Below, piece by piece: positions 56,452-64,000 of a stretch of DNA of 64,000 bases. The first letter of the stretch is position 1. Each line of letters begins with the position of its first letter. The position numbers were made by a program, and so were the translations under genes. The notes under the pieces are model-generated. The model made no database searches, was not told the DNA's origin, and saw nothing but the letters and a program-made list of their open reading frames with translations. Location: positions 3,664 through 67,663 of the forward strand of contig CAYMPU010000070.1 of NCBI GenBank assembly GCA_964392375.1, in the 5' to 3' direction. This DNA comes from an uncultured Ohtaekwangia sp. GTDB lineage: Bacteria > Bacteroidota > Bacteroidia > Cytophagales > Cyclobacteriaceae.

Positions 56452-57671
56452 CAGCGAAAGCACGATCGGGATTTGAAACGCTCGCTCAGGCGAGTTTGTC
56501 GCCCCAGGAACAACTATTGAAGGTGAAGAAGGATCGGAACACGTTCCTGATCGGACTGCCGAGGGAGATATCGCTCCAGGAAAACCGAATCTGTCTGACC
56601 CCGGATGCCACTGCCCTCCTCGTGAGCCATGGCCATGAGATATGGGTCGAGACCAAAGCGGGAATCGGTTCGAAGTTCACCGATAAGCAGTACAGCGAGG
56701 CCGGCGCAAAAATTGTTTACACCTCCCAGGAATTGTACAAGGCCGATATCATCCTCAAAATTGAACCACCGACCCTTGCTGAGATGGAATACTTCAAGCC
56801 GGGGCAGATATTGATTAGCGCGCTGCAAGTCGGTCACCTTGAAAAACAATTTGTTGACGCACTACTCACCAAGCGGGTTACGTCACTCGCGTGGGAATTT
56901 ATTGAAGACAAAGTAGGGGGTATGCCCATCATCCGGAGCATGAGTGAAATCGCCGGAAGTACGGTCATGTTGATTGCCGCGGAGTACCTCAGCTCTATCC
57001 ATGACGGTAAGGGCATTATCCTTGGAGGTATCACGGGTGTACCGCCTACAAAAGTGGTGATCATCGGTTCGGGTACCGTGGCTGAGTATGCTGCCCGTGC
57101 AGCGCTAAGCCTTGGTGCCGAAATACAGGTATTCGACAATCATTTGTACAAACTACGTCGTATCAAGCACACCCTTGGCCATCAATTTTATACAAGCACC
57201 ATCGATACAGTAACGCTTGGCGACAGTTTGATGACCGCTGATGTGGTGATCGGCGCCTTGCGTGCGGAGAAAGGGAAAGCCCGGCATGTCGTTTCGGAGG
57301 AGATGGTAAGCCGCATGAAGCCCAACTCCCTGATTATTGACCTTAGCATCGATCAGGGTGGTTGCATCGCTACATCCGAGATTACGACGCATTCTAAGCC
57401 CATCTTTCGCAAGTATGATGTTATCCACTATTGTGTACCCAATGTTGCGTCACGGGTGGCCCACACGGCCACAACAGCACTCAGCAATATTTTTACACCC
57501 ACGATCTTGAGAGCCGCTGAAGAAGGAGGGGTTCAGGAGATGATATTCAGCCACAAGTGGTTTATGAAGGGAGTCTATACCTACAAGGGAGGATTGACCA
57601 ATGAATCCGTGGCTCGTAAGTTTGGTATGAAATTCAAAAATATTGAATTGCTGATGGCTGCCCAGATGTAG
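56448..57671 (+). CDS. Alanine dehydrogenase/transhydrogenase-alpha fold protein (non-canonical active site)
   Basis: 'IGLPRE...ENR..LTP', 'MSEIAG', 'GIILGGITGVPP', 'DLSIDQGGC.ATS', 'HYCVPN'; see findings for the substituted residues. Confidence 0.8.
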   Translation: MTAKARSGFETLAQASLSPQEQLLKVKKDRNTFLIGLPREISLQENRICLTPDATALLVSHGHEIWVETKAGIGSKFTDKQYSEAGAKIVYTSQELYKADIILKIEPPTLAEMEYFKPGQILISALQVGHLEKQFVDALLTKRVTSLAWEFIEDKVGGMPIIRSMSEIAGSTVMLIAAEYLSSIHDGKGIILGGITGVPPTKVVIIGSGTVAEYAARAALSLGAEIQVFDNHLYKLRRIKHTLGHQFYTSTIDTVTLGDSLMTADVVIGALRAEKGKARHVVSEEMVSRMKPNSLIIDLSIDQGGCIATSEITTHSKPIFRKYDVIHYCVPNVASRVAHTATTALSNIFTPTILRAAEEGGVQEMIFSHKWFMKGVYTYKGGLTNESVARKFGMKFKNIELLMAAQM

Positions 57672-57741
57672 TGTGTGGGTAACCCACAAGCTGATTTTTC
57701 GTAAAAGTCTTATGTGCATTCTTTAGCTCAGGCGTACCTTC

Positions 57742-58488
57742 ATGCTTATGAAACAATTCCTCCTCACTGTCCTTTTTGCCTTTATGGTTGGGCTCGGGTT
57801 GGCCCAGGAACAGAATTACAATCATAACCGCGCCATTATGGAGCGCATACCGACGGCCGGAGCCGTTGGCAACTCCATCGCTTTGGGGAACCTGTCCTAT
57901 TCGCCAACAGGCACCGTAGGCGATGTCTACCTGAACGAGGATTATCGAAGCACTTCGTTCTGGCTCTATGACAACGACCAGGTTGTGCAGGGCCTTTCCG
58001 CCCGGCTAGACTTGCAAAGAAACGAGTTTGATATTAACCTGGGTGCAGGGAAAGGGATCCGGGCCCTTCCCGGTAGCAAGGTGCGTACCATGGTGTGGAC
58101 AGACAATTTCTCTAATTCACCACAATACTTTGTCAATGGCGCTGAATACAAGAATGAAGATGGAACACCTTTCTATGGCTTCTTCCAAATACTGTCGGAA
58201 GGTGAAATAACGCTGCTAAAACTTAACCGGGTGGTCTTCAAACCAGCGGACAGAAACCCCACGCACAATACGGGGAGTAAAGACAACCGGTTTATCAAGC
58301 GGTCCGAATTATACTACGCAGTAGGCAACAAGGCGCTGGAACTTCCTAATAGAAAAGGTATCCGCAAACTATTTGCGTCCCGTGAGGAAGAAATCAATAA
58401 ATTCATCGATGTGAATGAACTTAACCTTGGCACCGAGCCACATATCGTGATCTTATTTGATCACTACAACAGACTTGTCAAGAAGTAA
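57742..58488 (+). CDS. Exported hypothetical protein
   Basis: Long ORF with a signal peptide; 'G..YL..D', 'GFFQIL.EG...LLK' patterns typical of Bacteroidota hypotheticals. Confidence 0.7.
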   Translation: MLMKQFLLTVLFAFMVGLGLAQEQNYNHNRAIMERIPTAGAVGNSIALGNLSYSPTGTVGDVYLNEDYRSTSFWLYDNDQVVQGLSARLDLQRNEFDINLGAGKGIRALPGSKVRTMVWTDNFSNSPQYFVNGAEYKNEDGTPFYGFFQILSEGEITLLKLNRVVFKPADRNPTHNTGSKDNRFIKRSELYYAVGNKALELPNRKGIRKLFASREEEINKFIDVNELNLGTEPHIVILFDHYNRLVKK

Positions 58489-61156
58489 GTCGCGCAAGGT
58501 TTTGCTCCAGTAGACGAATCTTCGACTCCGCGTCAGCCTTTTTCTTTTGTTCAACCTCAATCACGCTTGGTGGAGCTCCGGCCATAAACTTCTCATTGGT
58601 CAGCTTTTTCTCTACGGAGGCGAGAAACCCCTTGTGATAATCGATCTCTTTCAGGATGTCTGCTTTCGCTGCGGATACATCCACTTTACCTTCCAGTGGG
58701 ATACTACACTCCAGTGTGCCGGCCAGGAAAGTAACGCCTTGGCGGGGCTCGCCAGCCATCGGTTCGATATCTACATTGGCGAGCTTTCCGATGAGATTGG
58801 CGAAATGGGGAAAGGGTCTCTTTCCATCGCGCGTCTGCAATGTAAGAACCTCCTTTGGTGAAAGTCCCTTGGTATTCCGCGTGTTACGGACCTGCGTGAT
58901 AATGTCAAAGGCTACAGCAGCCTCCGTTAATAATTCGGAACGAACGGGCTTAGCTTTGGGCCAAGTGCCCTGTGCCAGAAACTCGGTGTCTTTCCGATCG
59001 CGTAAAGCATGCCATAGTTCCTCTGAAATGAACGGCATAAATGGGTGGAGCAGCGCAAGCAGCTCATCAAATAGTCCAGCCGTTTTCTCGTAGGTTTCGC
59101 GGTCAATGGGCTTGCCATACTCAGGCTTGATCATCTCCAGGTACCACGAACAGAAATCATCCCAGATCAACTTGTATACAGCGAGCAGGGCGTCGGAAAT
59201 ACGAAACTTGGTGAAAAGATCATTCACCTCGGTCAGCGACTGGCCCATCCGTGATTCAAACCACGCCACCGCATGGCGGTTTTCTTCCGGAGCAGGGCTG
59301 TCCGATATCTCCCAACCTTTGATCAGACGAAATGCGTTCCAGATCTTGTTGGCAAAATTTCGGCCCTGTTCACAAAGTTTTTCATCAAAGAGCAGGTCAT
59401 TGCCGGCCGGTGAACTGAATAACATGCCCGTCCGGACTCCGTCAGCGCCGTATTGGGCGATCAGGTCCAGCGGGTCGGGTGAGTTGCCCAGCGACTTGGA
59501 CATTTTGCGTCCGAGTTTGTCGCGCACAATGCCGGTGAGGTAAACGTCCTCAAACGGTTTATCATCCATGTATTCATACCCGGCGATGATCATTCGAGCC
59601 ACCCAGAAAAAAAGAATTTCTGGGGCTGTGACCAGTACTTGGGTAGGGTAGAAGTAATCCAGGTCAGGCCGCTTAGTCCGGATAATCTTACCGGTCTTCA
59701 GATCGAAGGCATCGTCCGCAAAACCATCGAACACGGCTGTCGGCCATAACCATGAGGATGCCCAGGTGTCGAGCACATCGGGATCCTGACGGAGGTCGGA
59801 AGCTGAGATGTTCTTGCCGCTCTTGGCTGAGGCTTGGCGTACAGCATCTTCCAAGGTTTCGGCCACTACGAAATCATCTTGCCCGCTCCCATAGTAATAG
59901 GCCGGTATGCGATGCCCCCACCACAGCTGACGTGAAATGCACCAGTCGCGAACATTCTCCATCCAATGACGATAGGTGTTCTTGAATTTAGGCGGGTGCA
60001 GCCGGATTTCGTCCCGCTCAACGGCACCCAACGCCCGACTGGAGATGTCTTTCATTCGGACAAACCACTGCAGTGAGAGCTTGGGCTCCACGACCGTGTT
60101 GGTTCGCTCCGAGCGGCCGATGCGCGTGACAAATTCTTCTTCCTTTATGAGATGCCCCGCATCGCGCAATTCTTTCACCAGCATCTTGCGAACAACAAAG
60201 CGGTCCTTTCCGACATGCCGGGGAAGTTCGCAGCGTTCATTAAGGGTCCCGTCGTCGCTGATGGTGTCGATGACCGGAAGCTTGTGGCGAAGGCCGATCT
60301 CGTAGTCATTCACGTCATGCGCCGGTGTCACCTTGAGACACCCCGAACCGAAGGCCTTGTCAACATAGTCGTCGCCGATAATCGGGATAGGGCGGTCGAT
60401 GAATGGAACGAGGGCTTTCTTCCCAATGAGGTGCGTGTAACGCTCATCGGTGGGGTTGACCGCTATAGCCGTGTCACCCATGATGGTCTCTGGTCGTTGT
60501 GTGGCAATAACGACCCACTCGTCTGCCGTGCCTTGAATTTTATAGCGCACAGAATACAAGATGGATTTTTCACCATCCTCTTTGTACAATACCTCTTCGT
60601 TCGACAGTGCAGTCTTCGCTTCACAGTCCCAGTTAATCATTCGCAAGCCGCGGTAGATATACCCTTTCCGGTACAAGTCGACGAACACACGAATGACAGC
60701 CTTGTAGTAGTCGTCGTCCATCGTAAAGCTCGTGCGGTCCCAATCGCACGACGCGCCGAGTTTTTTGAGCTGTTCGAGAATGATGCCGCCGTATTTCTCC
60801 TTCCACTCCCAGGCATAGGTCAGGAACTCATCACGGGAGATGTCCGACTTCTTGATACCACGTTCGCGCAACATGGCCACCACTCGCGCCTCCGTGGCGA
60901 TGGAGGCATGGTCGGTACCAGGAACCCAGCACGCTTCCTTGCCCTCCATACGGGCTTTCCGGATGAGTATGTCCTGGATGGTGTTGTTGAGCATGTGCCC
61001 CATATGGAGCACGCCCGTGACGTTGGGTGGAGGGATGACAATGCAGTAGGGTGCCTTCTTCGGATTGGGGCTGGCATGAAATACCCCGTTGTTCATCCAG
61101 CGGGCATACCATTTGTCCTCTACTTCGGACGGGTTGTATTTGATCGAAAGAGACAT
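58478..61156 (-). CDS. valS: Valine--tRNA ligase
   Basis: 'PPPNVTGVLHMGH', 'DWCISRQLWWGH', 'DVLDTW.SS', 'KMSKS', and a C-terminal coiled coil. Confidence 0.97.
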   Translation of the reverse strand: MSLSIKYNPSEVEDKWYARWMNNGVFHASPNPKKAPYCIVIPPPNVTGVLHMGHMLNNTIQDILIRKARMEGKEACWVPGTDHASIATEARVVAMLRERGIKKSDISRDEFLTYAWEWKEKYGGIILEQLKKLGASCDWDRTSFTMDDDYYKAVIRVFVDLYRKGYIYRGLRMINWDCEAKTALSNEEVLYKEDGEKSILYSVRYKIQGTADEWVVIATQRPETIMGDTAIAVNPTDERYTHLIGKKALVPFIDRPIPIIGDDYVDKAFGSGCLKVTPAHDVNDYEIGLRHKLPVIDTISDDGTLNERCELPRHVGKDRFVVRKMLVKELRDAGHLIKEEEFVTRIGRSERTNTVVEPKLSLQWFVRMKDISSRALGAVERDEIRLHPPKFKNTYRHWMENVRDWCISRQLWWGHRIPAYYYGSGQDDFVVAETLEDAVRQASAKSGKNISASDLRQDPDVLDTWASSWLWPTAVFDGFADDAFDLKTGKIIRTKRPDLDYFYPTQVLVTAPEILFFWVARMIIAGYEYMDDKPFEDVYLTGIVRDKLGRKMSKSLGNSPDPLDLIAQYGADGVRTGMLFSSPAGNDLLFDEKLCEQGRNFANKIWNAFRLIKGWEISDSPAPEENRHAVAWFESRMGQSLTEVNDLFTKFRISDALLAVYKLIWDDFCSWYLEMIKPEYGKPIDRETYEKTAGLFDELLALLHPFMPFISEELWHALRDRKDTEFLAQGTWPKAKPVRSELLTEAAVAFDIITQVRNTRNTKGLSPKEVLTLQTRDGKRPFPHFANLIGKLANVDIEPMAGEPRQGVTFLAGTLECSIPLEGKVDVSAAKADILKEIDYHKGFLASVEKKLTNEKFMAGAPPSVIEVEQKKKADAESKIRLLEQNLARLTS

Positions 61157-61175
61157 GAATGCTTATAAAGGAGGG

Positions 61176-61183
61176 CAAAAATA
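61176..61183 (-). promoter_or_regulatory. -7 element for valS
   Basis: Minus strand TATTTTTG(C), 19 bp upstream of the ATG. Confidence 0.6.
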
Positions 61184-61208
61184 GGGAATTGATGGCAAAG
61201 TTGGAGGA

Positions 61209-62558
61209 TCAATCGCCCATGCGGACTCTTCTCGCCGGAGGGAAAAGATTGTTGATTCTCCCGGGCAAGATATTCACCCAACCCAAACCCAGCCCTTCAA
61301 ACTCGACCACATGAAAACCTGTCTCACGATCCGGAAGGTTCAGGGCATTCTTGCGAAGGTAGTCGAGGGCCATGGGTCGATCCAGTTCAATGCCTGGAAA
61401 CAGCTCCTTGTTTCGTTTCACCGAAAGCGCCAGCGCATGATCGGGCACAATCCGGTTCTTCATGATCTCACCAACTCCAGTGCCCGCCTGCAGTACATGC
61501 AATCGTTCGAGCACTACCTGCAGGTGGTGTTTTTGGAACGCTGGCATCATACGAAGGTGTTGCCTATGCAGAAAAAAGAATTCATCCTCACCCTGCATAA
61601 TCCAATCTTTGGCCGCACCCAACTGGCTTGCCGAAGGGAACTGCAACGTTTCTTTGGTCTTGATTCGCCTTTCATTAGGGCTACCTCCTTTGCGCATGAC
61701 AGCAAAAAAGAACCCTTCACCCTTCACCCGATGCGGGAAGCATTGATAAGCAATGACTCTCTTGTCGTGGATGACCTCCACTCCCCACGCAGGTTCGAGG
61801 TCAATAGCTTCAAACGAAAGATCGTTCTGCGCTGCAAACCAAGCCAGGTTCTCCAGGTTTTCCTGATTGTTATAGGTGCACGTAGAATAGAGGAGGATTC
61901 CGCCGTGCTTGAGTGACGGCCAGATGTCGGTGATAATACGCCGCTGCCGCAGCGAGCACAGGTCAACATTTTTGGTTGACCACTCCTTCATGGCATCGGG
62001 ATCCTTGCGGAAGAGCCCCTCACCGGAGCATGGTGCATCGACGAGTATGAGGTCAAAGAATTCCGGGAGGCGATCAAAGTCGGCCGGATCGCTATTGGTT
62101 ACGATGGCATTGTCCGTACCCCACTTTTCAATATTCTCAGTTAGAATGTTTGCGCGACTGCGGATGACTTCATTCGAAACGAGGAGACTGTCGGGCGAAA
62201 GAAGGCTCAGCAGGTGTGTGGATTTACCGCCAGGGGCTGCACAGAGATCCAGGGCCACCAGGGGCTTGTTGAGTTGAGATGTTTGCCGGATGGCCTGTTC
62301 GATGAGCATGGAACTCGCCTCCTGGACATAGTACCCGCCAGCGTGAAACCGTGGATCGAGGGTAAACGATGGGCGCTCATCCAGGTATCGGCCTTCTGGG
62401 CACCAGGGGATGGGTGTTCCTGCATCGGGCTGAAGCTTTTTTGTGTTGTACCGGATGCTTACCGGCGAGGGCAGGAGCAGCGACTGGCGGAACGCCTCGA
62501 ACGCGGGACCCAGTCGAGTCTGCATTTGATTTTTAAACGCTTCCGGGAGGTCAGCCAC
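61209..62558 (-). CDS. RsmF/RsmB-family rRNA cytosine-C5 methyltransferase
   Basis: 'YYVQEASSM', 'LDLCAAPGGKS', 'LVDAPCSGEG', 'YSTCT', 'GEGFF', and a C-terminal PUA-like domain. Start taken as GTG 62558. Confidence 0.9.
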   Translation of the reverse strand: MADLPEAFKNQMQTRLGPAFEAFRQSLLLPSPVSIRYNTKKLQPDAGTPIPWCPEGRYLDERPSFTLDPRFHAGGYYVQEASSMLIEQAIRQTSQLNKPLVALDLCAAPGGKSTHLLSLLSPDSLLVSNEVIRSRANILTENIEKWGTDNAIVTNSDPADFDRLPEFFDLILVDAPCSGEGLFRKDPDAMKEWSTKNVDLCSLRQRRIITDIWPSLKHGGILLYSTCTYNNQENLENLAWFAAQNDLSFEAIDLEPAWGVEVIHDKRVIAYQCFPHRVKGEGFFFAVMRKGGSPNERRIKTKETLQFPSASQLGAAKDWIMQGEDEFFFLHRQHLRMMPAFQKHHLQVVLERLHVLQAGTGVGEIMKNRIVPDHALALSVKRNKELFPGIELDRPMALDYLRKNALNLPDRETGFHVVEFEGLGLGWVNILPGRINNLFPPARRVRMGD

Positions 62559-62587
62559 ATTCCAAATTAGACTATTTTTGAAGAGCA

Positions 62588-63871
62588 ATGAAACGGGACA
62601 TGACGGCAAACGATCCAAAACGGAAGAGTTGGGTAGAGGTTCCTCCGGGATCTGACTTTCCGATACAAAACCTTCCCTTCGGAATTTTCAAGACCAAGTA
62701 TCTTTCGCCGGTAGCGGGTGTAGCCATCGGAAACCATGTCCTTGATCTGGTCTACGTTCATGAGCATGGTTTTTTTGATGGCCTTGGGTTGCCGCCCGGA
62801 ATATTCAACCTGCGTTCACTGAATGGTTTCTTCGCGCTGGGCAGAAAAAAGGTCGGTGAAGTGCGTGAACGCATTTCTCAGATCTTGCGCCATGACAACG
62901 AAGAGCTTCGTGACCATATCGCTGCCCGTGAGATCGCACTCATCCCTATGGCCGAGTGCCAGATGCTCATGCCTGTAACCATTCCCAACTATACGGATTT
63001 CTATAGCAGCGAGGAGCACGCAACCAATGTCGGTTCGCTGTTCCGTGATCCGAAGAATGCGCTTTTACCCAACTGGAAGCACCTGCCGGTTGGTTATCAC
63101 GGCAGGGCTTCGTCGATAGTTGTTTCGGGCACACCAATCCACCGTCCACGTGGACAGGTTAAACCTGCCGACTCAGAAGGGCCGGTTTTTTGCCCGAGCG
63201 CCAAGATGGACTTTGAACTGGAGCTGGCGTTCATCACCGGTTCGAATACAATACTGGGAAACCCCATTCCACTAGAGGAAGCGGAAGATCATATTATTGG
63301 GTTTGTGCTGTTCAATGACTGGTCTGCGCGCGACATCCAGCAATGGGAGTATGTGCCGCTGGGCCCCTTTCTGGGCAAGAACTTTGGTTCTACCATTTCT
63401 CCCTGGGTGGTGACCCTCGACGCGTTGGAGCCTTTCAGGTCCGACGGCCCGAAGCAAATTCCCCATGTGCTCCCCTATCTTGCCTTTGAAGGCCCGCGCA
63501 ACTTTGATATCCAATTGGAGGTGGTTCTCGAATCAGCCAAAGGCGAAAAGGCTGTCCTCTCCCGTACCAACGCAAAGTATTTGTACTGGAATGTCGCCCA
63601 GCAGTTGGCGCACCACACAGTCAACGGATGCAATATTCAGGTCGGCGATCTCTACGCTTCTGGCACCATCAGCGGTCCCTCACCGGGTTCCTATGGCTCC
63701 TTGCTGGAATTGACTTTCAATGGAAAGAAGCCCCTTCATCTCCCGAGTGGGGAGGAGAGGAGGTTTCTTGAAGACAACGACTCGATCATCATGAGAGGTC
63801 ATGCTGAACTCGACGGAGTGAAGATTGGATTTGGAACGTGTGCCGGCAAACTATTGCCCGCCATCGGCTAA
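62588..63871 (+). CDS. fahA: Fumarylacetoacetase
   Basis: 'SDFPIQNLPFG', 'YTDFYSS.EHATNVG', 'PVGYHGRASS', 'DFELE', 'NDWSARDIQ.WEYVPLGPFLGK', 'SGTISG'. Confidence 0.95.
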   Translation: MKRDMTANDPKRKSWVEVPPGSDFPIQNLPFGIFKTKYLSPVAGVAIGNHVLDLVYVHEHGFFDGLGLPPGIFNLRSLNGFFALGRKKVGEVRERISQILRHDNEELRDHIAAREIALIPMAECQMLMPVTIPNYTDFYSSEEHATNVGSLFRDPKNALLPNWKHLPVGYHGRASSIVVSGTPIHRPRGQVKPADSEGPVFCPSAKMDFELELAFITGSNTILGNPIPLEEAEDHIIGFVLFNDWSARDIQQWEYVPLGPFLGKNFGSTISPWVVTLDALEPFRSDGPKQIPHVLPYLAFEGPRNFDIQLEVVLESAKGEKAVLSRTNAKYLYWNVAQQLAHHTVNGCNIQVGDLYASGTISGPSPGSYGSLLELTFNGKKPLHLPSGEERRFLEDNDSIIMRGHAELDGVKIGFGTCAGKLLPAIG

Positions 63872-63881
63872 CCACAAAGGC

Positions 63882-64000
63882 ATGGTGACCATCAATCCCA
63901 AAGAAATCCCTGTACCACGAATGCACAGCCTCCTTTTGGGTGCTGTAATCCCCCGACCAATTGCTCTGGCCAGCACAGTGGATAAGCAGGGAAATGTTAA
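63882..64000 (+). CDS. Flavin reductase (DIM6/NTAB-like) family protein, 3' end outside the window
   Basis: Translated by hand: MVTINPKEIPVPRMHSLLLGAVIPRPIALASTVDKQGNV...; 'PRPIA..ST.D..G..N' is the family N-terminal motif. Confidence 0.8.
   Translation, partial: MVTINPKEIPVPRMHSLLLGAVIPRPIALASTVDKQGNV

Noticed and set aside
57674-57688. TGTGGG-TAA-CCCACA hairpin after the AlaDH-like gene as a terminator
   Set aside because: 6-bp stem with no adjacent U-tract; too weak to call.
60152-61168. Long antisense ORFs (also 6206..7300, 13129..13986, 61311..61916 and others)
   Set aside because: They lie opposite well-supported genes and show no recognisable motifs; typical codon-bias shadows.

Overview
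A gene-dense chromosomal segment from a Bacteroidota bacterium, most likely Cytophagales. This rests on the recurrent TAnnTTTG -7 promoter elements, T9SS genes (a PorU2-like cargo protein and porX), the fused lpxC-fabZ, Bat/DUF58 genes and an NrtR-type AraR. From left to right it carries: the 3' part of a large T9SS-secreted protein; paaABC; slyD; an NnrS-like membrane protein with a PAS kinase and a REC-Crp/Fnr regulator; tRNA-Leu(CAA); a mobA-fdhD-fdhF/ydeP cassette; a GH127-GH146-araR-araBDA arabinose cluster; and about 40 kb of mostly conserved housekeeping genes (phoH, comEC, recQ, pgk, pfkA, pyrE, coaD, yggS, mutS2, lpxA/C/D, porX, tsaE, valS, rsmF-like, fahA). I found no CRISPR array, transposase, integrase or prophage. 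The most unusual signals are non-coding: (i) an 11 x 11-bp TAG-phased degenerate array at 4836-4956; (ii) two extra tandem copies of the tRNA-Leu 5' end, each interrupted by a different REP-like insert, lying between the predicted tRNA promoter and the tRNA; (iii) near-identical inverted REP copies bracketing the molybdoenzyme cassette; (iv) tandem Fnr-type boxes and an AraR operator. Protein-level oddities are a tandem double-domain PaaB, a secreted polyglycine-II-like protein, and AlaDH-like and SAM-hydrolase-like proteins that appear to lack canonical catalytic residues. All family calls come from motif recognition by eye, with no database searches. I cannot establish that any of this is a new system.
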